A DNA stretch of 64,000 nucleotides, taken from the NCBI GenBank assembly GCA_030603275.1, contig JAUVYB010000007.1:2264-66263 (forward strand), given 5' to 3'. Positions 54,113 to 61,023 of this stretch are shown in pieces; within the stretch, counting starts at the first letter, position 1; the number at the start of each line of letters is the position of its first letter. The position numbers were made by a program, and so were the translations under genes. Under the pieces are notes generated by a model. It had not been told where the DNA came from. It saw only the letters and a list, made by a program, of their open reading frames with translations, and did no database searches. Source of the DNA: Deltaproteobacteria bacterium. Lineage in GTDB: Bacteria > Chloroflexota > Dehalococcoidia > Dehalococcoidales > BS750m-G39.

Positions 54113-54442
54113 ATGAAAGTGAGAGAGGCACCGGCCAGGACCAAAGACGATTTACCCGGGGAGGCGTTTGCCATCGTTGGCGACCCCGGTGACCCGGATA
54201 GCTGGAAGCTGCCCCACCACAAGAAAAGCATCCTGCGGGCGCTTAAGGGGAGGCTGGATATAGAAAAGACGGTTGACTGGGAATTAATGCCGGCGGCGGT
54301 GGCGGCCCTTTCCCCCGGCGGCTACCGGGGGCGGAGGGTTGAGGCCAGCCCGGAGCAGATACTCCAGGCAGCCAGGCACCTGGCCGGCCACTACCTTAAA
54401 GCCGATAAGCCGCTGCCGGATACCCTGGCGGTGCTGGGATAA
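54113..54442 (+). CDS. Hypothetical small protein (109 aa)
   Basis: SD AAGGAGG. LPGEAFAIVGDPGDPDSWKLPHH... motif. Confidence 0.5.
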   Translation: MKVREAPARTKDDLPGEAFAIVGDPGDPDSWKLPHHKKSILRALKGRLDIEKTVDWELMPAAVAALSPGGYRGRRVEASPEQILQAARHLAGHYLKADKPLPDTLAVLG

Positions 54443-54452
54443 GGGGGTAAAG

Positions 54453-54602
54453 ATGATAGAAGAACTGTATAAATGGCTGTGGAGCCGGATAGGGGGCAGG
54501 CCCTGGACCTATATCTTCCGGGATAACCAGAAGAAACACCCCCTGTTGTGGCTCCTGGGGTTCGGCGCTCTGGGTATCGTGCTGGGGCACATTTTCTGGT
54601 AA
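54453..54602 (+). CDS. 49-aa single-TM peptide
   Basis: ATG 54453 after AAGGGGG: MIEELYKWLWSRIGGRPWTYIFRDNQKKHPLLWLLGFGALGIVLGHIFW*. Holin-like in size and topology, but no lysin lies nearby. Confidence 0.4.
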   Translation: MIEELYKWLWSRIGGRPWTYIFRDNQKKHPLLWLLGFGALGIVLGHIFW

Positions 54603-54613
54603 AGGAGGTCTTG

Positions 54614-56617
54614 ATGAGACAGCTCAGCTCCACATTGCTCGCCGCCCAGCAGGGGGCTTCCCGCGTTCCCTATGTTAAGGTGGAGGCCTCAAACAGGCAC
54701 GCCGGCGTGGTCAACCTGCGCTGGGAGAGACTCTATACCGGCTCCGAGGATGACTATTACCACGCCGTTACCATGCCCGGCGACGGCTCCCTGATCAGGG
54801 TCAGGGTGACACCCCCCTCCGATGCCAGAAAGCTCTACCGGCAGCGGGTGGCCGACCCCACCCCCCAGTCCGATTTCAGCCAGTGGGTCTACACCAGCCA
54901 GTATGACGTGGTTACTGTTGCCAGTTGCTCGCTGGGGGCCGAGGCCGGCATCTTCTGGATTAAGGGCGACCGCAAGCTCTACCACCTCAAAAGCACCGAC
55001 TACGGGGCGAGCTGGGGAAGCCCCCAGTTCCTGACCTATACCCCCACCACCGCTATCAACGGCCTGGCCGCAGCTTTTAAGCCCGACGGCGATATCGCCC
55101 TGTTCTTTGCCGACCAGGCGACCCTCTACGTGATGAAGCGGGTAAGTGATAGCTGGCAGGGCAAGGTCGCCTGGGGCAAGTCAACCGGCGACCTCTCCGG
55201 CGTGGCCGCTGTTTATGGTGGCGACTGGAACCTGTTCGTCACCGGTAAAGATAGCGACAGCAATTTTAGGCTGTGGTCGCTGGTCTACGGCGACGGCGGT
55301 GACGTCGCCGCCGGAAGCTGGTCGGAGCTGAAGGAGTTTGCCTCAGCACCGGCCGACGGCGATTTTGAATACCGCACCGCCTTTATGGATAAGCCCGATG
55401 TCTACCGCTGTTTCTTCGTCGAGAAGTTCGATGGCAGTGAAGCCTACAGCCGTCCCTGCTGGTCGCCCTCGGTGCCGGAGAGTAAATTTATCGACAACCT
55501 GTGGCACGAGCCGGTACCGTTTAATCTTACCAGCCAGTACGGGCTGGCTATCGCCCACCACGGCGACTACTGCTGGCTGTCGGCCCCATACGGGGTGTGG
55601 CGGGCCGGGCTTAACCCCCAGAGCCTTGATTTATCGGCCGATATAATTTCATTAAGAGAGGAGCTAAACCCCGCCAGGGGCAGCCTCACTGTGGAGCTCC
55701 GCAACGACGACGGCCGTTATGCCGCGCCGGGAGAGGGCGATCTGTCAATACTCGATATCGGCTGCCAGCTTGATTTCAGCCCCGGCTATGTTACCGCCCA
55801 GGGGAATGAGGCAAGCTCGGGGCTGGCTTTTACCCTGGATGCTTATGAGCACACCAGCGCCGGCGGTCGGTCCAGCCTGGTGCTTCATGCCGCCGACGGC
55901 TGGAGCTTAATAGGGGGCTGGAGGGCCCGCCACCAGTTCCGCTGGAACAAAGCAGCTGAGGAGATGAGTGTGGGGCAAATCCTGGCCTTTGTGCTAGGCC
56001 GGGTGGGCTTAAAGCTGGAGGTGAAGTCCCAGTCGGCGGTTATGGCCGGCTACTACCCCGATTTCACCATTAACCCCGGTAACAGCGGCGATACCGTTAT
56101 TCAAAGGCTGCTCTCCTTCGTCCCCGATGTCCTCTTTATCGAGGGCAACACCGTCTATGTGGTCAACCCCCTATCCGCCGACGATTCTGATTATGCCTAC
56201 GGCTCATCGCACTCCGTGTTCGAGGGGAGGTACCGGCAGGTGGGGTGGGAGCTTAATCATGTCCAGGTGGAGGGCTACGACCCGGGGCAGGGTGAGGCCA
56301 TAGTGGTTGATGCCTTTAGCTGGGAGCAGGTAGACCGCCTCTACGATAGGCTGAGGCAGGTTGAGGATAGGAATCTGGATACGGTGGCTAAAGCCGGGGA
56401 GAGGGGGGAGGCCTACCTGAGGCAGGCGGAGATGGAAGCGGCCGATGGCGCTATCCTGACGCCGGTCAACTGCGGCCAGCAGCTCTATGACGTGGTTGAC
56501 ATAACAGATAGCCGGGCCGGATTGGAAGCGGCTAAGAGAAGGGTAATCGGGCTGACTTTAGTCTACCGCCCCCGCCGTGGGGAATATCAGCAGCGTTTAT
56601 TACTGGGGGGAGTATAG
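54614..56617 (+). CDS. Large structural protein: N-terminal BNR/Asp-box-containing beta-rich half fused to a tail-hub (gpD/late-control-D-like) half, tentative
   Basis: ATG 54614 after AAAGGAGG (MRQLSSTLLAAQQ...), 667 aa. Canonical Asp-box STDYGASW (about 54992-55015). The C-terminal half (GSLTVELRNDDGRY...GCQLDFSPGY...VGQILAFVLGRVGLKLEV...VIQRLLSFVPDVLFIEGNTVYVV) resembles baseplate-hub proteins from memory. Confidence 0.5.
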   Translation: MRQLSSTLLAAQQGASRVPYVKVEASNRHAGVVNLRWERLYTGSEDDYYHAVTMPGDGSLIRVRVTPPSDARKLYRQRVADPTPQSDFSQWVYTSQYDVVTVASCSLGAEAGIFWIKGDRKLYHLKSTDYGASWGSPQFLTYTPTTAINGLAAAFKPDGDIALFFADQATLYVMKRVSDSWQGKVAWGKSTGDLSGVAAVYGGDWNLFVTGKDSDSNFRLWSLVYGDGGDVAAGSWSELKEFASAPADGDFEYRTAFMDKPDVYRCFFVEKFDGSEAYSRPCWSPSVPESKFIDNLWHEPVPFNLTSQYGLAIAHHGDYCWLSAPYGVWRAGLNPQSLDLSADIISLREELNPARGSLTVELRNDDGRYAAPGEGDLSILDIGCQLDFSPGYVTAQGNEASSGLAFTLDAYEHTSAGGRSSLVLHAADGWSLIGGWRARHQFRWNKAAEEMSVGQILAFVLGRVGLKLEVKSQSAVMAGYYPDFTINPGNSGDTVIQRLLSFVPDVLFIEGNTVYVVNPLSADDSDYAYGSSHSVFEGRYRQVGWELNHVQVEGYDPGQGEAIVVDAFSWEQVDRLYDRLRQVEDRNLDTVAKAGERGEAYLRQAEMEAADGAILTPVNCGQQLYDVVDITDSRAGLEAAKRRVIGLTLVYRPRRGEYQQRLLLGGV

Positions 56618-56618
56618 A

Positions 56619-56831
56619 ATGAACCTGAAGAAAGCGATACTGAAGAGCTTTGATTCCGGCAGCTACACCGCTGCCTTACAGATTACCGGCAGCCATAAAG
56701 CCTACCTGGATGGGGTTACTGTGGCGCGCAACCTGCCCGCCGCCGAGATGGTGCTGGGGAGAAGGGTGGCGGTTATCTTATTTGATGAACACAATGCCAA
56801 AGACGCCGTGGTTATAGCGGTCTACAGCTAA
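56619..56831 (+). CDS. Hypothetical small protein (70 aa), last gene of the module
   Basis: ATG 56619 lies 1 nt after the previous stop. MNLKKAILKSFDSGSYTAALQITGSHKAYLDGVTVARNLP.... Confidence 0.5.
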   Translation: MNLKKAILKSFDSGSYTAALQITGSHKAYLDGVTVARNLPAAEMVLGRRVAVILFDEHNAKDAVVIAVYS

Positions 56832-56839
56832 GACTCAGA

Positions 56840-57763
56840 CTAAGGTTTCTTCGTCCCCCTGACCTGCTGCCACCACTTTCGTGATTGATTTACTGACCTC
56901 TGATATAAATCTGCTGACCTTTGGTATAGAGGTGATAACCTCTGGAATAAAGGCGATAACCTCCTGCGGTACAGGTAGATGGCAACTGCCGCTGCTGCCA
57001 CGGCGGCGGTAATCCCGCCGATTAACCACCAGGTGGTGGCTTTAACCGGTGTTGACTCAGCCGGCGCTGATTCACCTGGCGTCGGCGTAGGGGTGGGTGT
57101 AGGTGTTGGTGTGGGCGTTGGTGCTGGCACTGCCGGCTCGTAGCACAGGACGGCAAGGTCGTTAAAACGGCCTATCTGGGCGGTAATGGTGTGGGCTTCG
57201 GTATCAACCACGCAGTCCAGCTTCATCCATTCTCCTGTTGCCTCGTCACTGAGGGCTATGAGCAGGTTTTCCCCGGTAAAGCCCTCGGGGATATCTGCCG
57301 GGTCATAGCTATATATAATGGTGGCTGGGGGGGTAAAGGCGGTTAGGTCGGGGATGACATCGTAGGTGACGCCGATAAATTGCGCCCCCTCCGGTTGAGA
57401 TGGCTGTGGTGTCATTTCATGGATGCCGATGCACCTGGGGCATTTGCCGTCGGGGGTTAAGACAACGATTCCTTCATCAAGGAAGAGGGAAAACCGCTTA
57501 TCGAATGACCTGATAGTAAAGCCCTGGAAAACCAGGCCGGTGCTGGCTGCTCTGCCGCTGGTAGCCACCTCGCCGGCCGGACAATCCGGCTCCGCCACGG
57601 GCGCCCCTCCTCCGCCACCTCCCGGGCTAAATGCCGGCCGGGCGGTGATGGTAACGGTAGCCTCCTGGCTGCCTCCCTGCCCAATAACCAGATAGGCAGG
57701 TAGACCGCCAACAATAGCCAGTATAATAATGCCGATAATAGCGTAAACTGCTCTTGGCACCAC
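56840..57763 (-). CDS. Bitopic surface protein: N-terminal TM, ectodomain, (PT)n linker, C-terminal TM, cytoplasmic heptad-repeat tail
   Basis: Start moved to GTG 57763 (VVPRAVYAIIGIIILAIVGGL...) to avoid the overlap with the upstream gene. PTPTPTPTPTPTPTP linker. Tail RLSPLFQ/RLSPLYQ/RSADLYQ/RSVNQSR. Confidence 0.6.
   Translation of the reverse strand: MVPRAVYAIIGIIILAIVGGLPAYLVIGQGGSQEATVTITARPAFSPGGGGGGAPVAEPDCPAGEVATSGRAASTGLVFQGFTIRSFDKRFSLFLDEGIVVLTPDGKCPRCIGIHEMTPQPSQPEGAQFIGVTYDVIPDLTAFTPPATIIYSYDPADIPEGFTGENLLIALSDEATGEWMKLDCVVDTEAHTITAQIGRFNDLAVLCYEPAVPAPTPTPTPTPTPTPTPGESAPAESTPVKATTWWLIGGITAAVAAAAVAIYLYRRRLSPLFQRLSPLYQRSADLYQRSVNQSRKWWQQVRGTKKP
56879..56962 (-). repeat. Four tandem 21-nt units encoding the heptad-repeat cytoplasmic tail
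   Basis: Plus-strand units at 56879-56899, 56900-56920, 56921-56941 and 56942-56962, each ending (t/c)(g/a)(a/t)(c/a)acct. Confidence 0.7.
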
Positions 57764-57780
57764 CCTAAAATCCCCTGTTA

Positions 57781-58269
57781 TTATTTCATTTCTACCAGCC
57801 ACCGGCAGGCAAGCTCGGTTTGCACCATCCCCGTCTGGGTTACATCCTTGGCCGCAATCCAGAACTCCCACTTCGGCGGCGCCTGGGCATCATCGGGCAT
57901 CTCCACCGCTATGAGCACATCCCTGGTCTCTTTGGCCGCCAGCACCGGCGCCGGGTCGTCTATGGTTACCCAGCTTTCAGCCTCGGCGGGTGCCGGCTCA
58001 TAGCCCTCAGTGATGTTCTCGGTTACCCGGTAGCTAACCGAGAATTCCGCCGGCTCGTCGCTGCCGTTGTGTATGCTAATCTTATACTCTGCCCTGGCTC
58101 CGGGGTAGAAATTGCCTATCTCTACCTTGCCCGGGCTAATCCAGGTCTTATCGTATAGCTCCGCTGGTGGTGGCGTGGTGGGGGTTTCAGCCGTCGGCGG
58201 TTCCGAAGGCTGGGGACAACCCACCAGCAGTAGCCCGGCTACCACTATCAGTACAACCAACCACTTCAT
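57781..58269 (-). CDS. Lipoprotein with Ig-like (CARDB/DUF916-like) fold, tentative
   Basis: 162 aa. Lipobox LLLVGC, P/T-rich tether, then KVEIGNFYPGARAEYKISIHNGSDEPAEFSVSY...TRDVLIAVEMP. Confidence 0.55.
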   Translation of the reverse strand: MKWLVVLIVVAGLLLVGCPQPSEPPTAETPTTPPPAELYDKTWISPGKVEIGNFYPGARAEYKISIHNGSDEPAEFSVSYRVTENITEGYEPAPAEAESWVTIDDPAPVLAAKETRDVLIAVEMPDDAQAPPKWEFWIAAKDVTQTGMVQTELACRWLVEMK

Positions 58270-58354
58270 ATTAATTCTCCGTTGAGTCTAGACGCTACAG
58301 TATTACCTGCGCTTTCAGCCTCAGTTGCAGGCTTCCCACCTGTGCTAATCCATA

Positions 58355-58846
58355 TTAATCTGGCACCGCTGTTAGTGTGATCGTAGTCGTTTGCACATCA
58401 ACATGAGTAAAGCTGCTGGGCGCGTCGAGCTCCAACTCCCACTGGGGGGAGGTGGCCGTACCAACAGCATTGATAAGCAGGGTGCTACCAGCGGCTGGTA
58501 CGGTTACATCATAGGCTGCATCACCGTCACTGGCGTTTAGCTGAGCGGTATCTATACCAGCCGCACCGTAGGTCCAGGGGGTAGCTCCAGACCAGCCGTC
58601 GCACCCTATGTTGACGTCCATGGCCACCGTGCTGCTATTGGTGATGGTAAAGAAGTTAATGCCGGTGTTCTCATCAGTGTCCGCATACACTATGGCAAAG
58701 TCAAAGGCGTCCGGCGCGTTGACAATGCTGACCCAACCGGGTGTAGCCGTTACCGTCACAGTATCAGTGTCGGCGGCCAGGGCACTACCAACGGGAATAA
58801 CTATCAGCGCTGCCGCCATTAGAATGGCTAAAAGTGTTTTCTTCAT
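58355..58846 (-). CDS. Secreted stand-alone copy of the shared C-terminal beta module (WxL-like, tentative)
   Basis: 163 aa. Sec signal ...GSALA/AD. ...FFTITNSSTVAMDVNIGCDGWSG...SPQWELELDAPSSF...TTTITLTAVPD aligns with the C-termini of the 632- and 500-aa proteins. Confidence 0.6.
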   Translation of the reverse strand: MKKTLLAILMAAALIVIPVGSALAADTDTVTVTATPGWVSIVNAPDAFDFAIVYADTDENTGINFFTITNSSTVAMDVNIGCDGWSGATPWTYGAAGIDTAQLNASDGDAAYDVTVPAAGSTLLINAVGTATSPQWELELDAPSSFTHVDVQTTTITLTAVPD

Positions 58847-58892
58847 TATCTTTATCTCCTTTCCTTTAGCATTTATTAAACGCCTGTCGACC

Positions 58893-60791
58893 TCAGGCGA
58901 GGGTTGCCGTCAGGGTTATGGTTGAGGTTTTTTGCACGCTATCGGTAAAGGTGCCGGTTTCCAGTTTTAATTCCCAGTCTACATCAGTTGTTAAGCCCGA
59001 AATTAACTCCTGCGGACTTGTAGTCAAGGCAGTACCATCCCCACTTCCATCATCTTCAATAAAGACTGATATCCTAACCTCTTCACTTCCCGGACTTCCC
59101 GATGTTAATGCCCAGCCGTTGCCACCTGTAAAGTTAATTGCTTCAAAAGTGATACTACATTGGTCTCCATTGTTGGTCACTGTAAAGAATGCGTCCCCAT
59201 CTGTGAGAGGCCAACTTGGCTCCGCTCCACTTGACCAGTAATCAGAGTTCTCCAAGACAGTGCCAAAGTCCTTGCTGGCGGGGAGATTTGAGATATCCGG
59301 TGGTGCTGCAGCAGCTGGCGCAATGGCCACGGTGAGTGCCCGCCATTCTTCAGTTGTGAAGACGTTGGGTATAGCAGTAAAGTCTGCCGTGCCCGTGGCG
59401 CCGATTGCTGCTTGAGTTTTATAGGCGGCACCGCTGGTACATTGATACATCGTCGTGTTATTGCCACTGCTGCTGCCGAAAGTGATACCGGTGTGTCCGG
59501 CGGGATAGCTGCCGAAATTCATAGCCCTGTCAGCGCCAAAAATCCGTAAGACCAGGGTATCAGCCACACTGGTGGTAACATCGGGGGAAGTTACGGTGAT
59601 GCTAGTGCCTGTGCTACTGCCTGTAGCAACCCCCCAGACATTTATTGGATTGCTCGAATCATGCCCGGTAATACGCACAATAAAGGCATATACCGCCTGA
59701 GGATTAGTCCAGCTCCATGTGTATGAAGCTGGCTCGGAACCCCCGGCAATCTTGTACCAGGTACCTACGGTAACAGCAGTCCCATTAGTCCCGGAGTTTA
59801 TTAGAGTCCAGGATGCGGGCGGGGGAAACGTCCCGGCAGTGCCATCAGTGGCTACAACTCCAATAAGCAAATCACCGCTGGTGGTGCCCGCCGGCTTGTT
59901 GACCGTGATTGAGGTTACATCAGAGTTATTCTTAGCCTCGGTAAACGACTGGTATGTAGGTCCTGCGGGTGGTGCTGCAGGTGCCTCGGTGAATGATGCC
60001 GCGACTCTCTCCAGTCGGTTTATGGTGCCAGAAAACGATGTAGAAAGTGATGTTTCTCCGCTCGCCCCTCTTAGCTCTGCAACACAAAAACGGGAACTTG
60101 AGCCGTTGTAGTCAAACGGCTGATACTGTCCTTCATTCTGAGTAGGGACAGTGTTGGTGTTACCACTTCCAGCAGTAGAGATAACCCACGCATTATCTGA
60201 TGGACTAATTGTGTTTGAAATCGGCGATGAAGTGGTATTATTAGCATCAGTTGCTTCGGGTGCTACCTGTTCTACCCCAGTATATTCCGCACAGAAGCCA
60301 TTGACTTCCAACTCATAGGGGGTACCAGAGCAGTCAATTACAACAGTCTGTGACCCATCACTGGGCAAGTCGGCTTCAAGGATATACCAGATTTCACAAA
60401 GATAATAGAAAGGAGGTGTGCCTGAACCACTGATGATTCCATCAATGGCTTTGGTCATCGCCACCCCGCCGTAGGTCACCGAAGACACATCAATCGTGTA
60501 ACCGTTCTCTACCCCGACACAGACAACAACCAGCCGATCAGACCCAGCAACTAAAGTGTGTGAGAAGGATAAGGTCAGGGCATTCCCAGTTCCGCTGGTG
60601 TCGGCTCCTGCTTTTGCAATACTATCAGGATTGGCATAGGCAACCCCGGAGCCGACGGAGAGGGTGACCTTGGTCTCGAAGGAGAGGGTGCCAATGCCCT
60701 TGATGCTCACCTGCTGGGCGGGCATGAAAATACCGACCAGGGTCAGCCCCACCACCGGTATAATTATCAGCAGCTTTTTCAGTAGCTTCAC
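58893..60791 (-). CDS. Large secreted protein (632 aa) with the shared N-terminal leader and shared C-terminal beta module
   Basis: GTG start. N-terminus MKLLKKLLIIIPVVGLTLVGIFMPAQQVSIKGIGTLSFETKVTLSVGSGVAYANPD. C-terminus DFGTVLE...FFTVTNNGDQCSITF...GGNGWALTSG...VDWELKLETGTFTDSVQKTSTITLTATLA. Confidence 0.7.
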   Translation of the reverse strand: MKLLKKLLIIIPVVGLTLVGIFMPAQQVSIKGIGTLSFETKVTLSVGSGVAYANPDSIAKAGADTSGTGNALTLSFSHTLVAGSDRLVVVCVGVENGYTIDVSSVTYGGVAMTKAIDGIISGSGTPPFYYLCEIWYILEADLPSDGSQTVVIDCSGTPYELEVNGFCAEYTGVEQVAPEATDANNTTSSPISNTISPSDNAWVISTAGSGNTNTVPTQNEGQYQPFDYNGSSSRFCVAELRGASGETSLSTSFSGTINRLERVAASFTEAPAAPPAGPTYQSFTEAKNNSDVTSITVNKPAGTTSGDLLIGVVATDGTAGTFPPPASWTLINSGTNGTAVTVGTWYKIAGGSEPASYTWSWTNPQAVYAFIVRITGHDSSNPINVWGVATGSSTGTSITVTSPDVTTSVADTLVLRIFGADRAMNFGSYPAGHTGITFGSSSGNNTTMYQCTSGAAYKTQAAIGATGTADFTAIPNVFTTEEWRALTVAIAPAAAAPPDISNLPASKDFGTVLENSDYWSSGAEPSWPLTDGDAFFTVTNNGDQCSITFEAINFTGGNGWALTSGSPGSEEVRISVFIEDDGSGDGTALTTSPQELISGLTTDVDWELKLETGTFTDSVQKTSTITLTATLA

Positions 60792-60971
60792 CTTATTTTC
60801 TGGTCATACCCCCGGCAGTAACCGCCCACCGGGCTGCCACCATCAATCTCGATTCGCCAAATGGCGAGTTAATCTTTGTGTATTTAACTTATTTAACATT
60901 AATCCAAGTTAGTCTAGCTAACAATAATTTACTATAAATTCTGCCAAATGGCAATAGGATGGGATATACTT
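60633..60971 (-). repeat. Copy A of a duplicated promoter/leader/signal-peptide cassette (about 340 bp)
   Basis: Aligns with 62365-62704. 58 nt (60789-60846) are identical to 62524-62581. Confidence 0.9.
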
Positions 60972-61023
60972 CTGTCGTGAGCCAAACTTTTTATCCTCCT
61001 TTTAAGTTTATCCTCTGTTAAAT

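Larger units (their letters stand above)
48280..56831 (+). mobile_element. Phage-derived head/tail structural gene module (11 co-directional ORFs) with no detectable large terminase, integrase, replication or lysis genes
   Basis: See the individual CDS entries. All ORFs are on the same strand, tightly spaced or overlapping, and most have strong SDs. Composition is host-like except 52.1-52.7 kb. Confidence 0.6.

Noticed and set aside
54548-54613. Upstream extension of the 689-aa track ORF overlapping the 49-aa TM peptide gene
   Set aside because: ATG 54614 is preceded by a perfect AAAGGAGG SD. The extension would overlap the preceding ORF in another frame.
57078-57122. (PT)n-coding stretch as a slippage-prone microsatellite or phase-variation switch
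   Set aside because: The codons are mixed (cca acg ccc aca cca aca cct aca ccc acc cct acg ccg acg), so there is no perfect DNA tandem repeat. It is more likely a stable linker.
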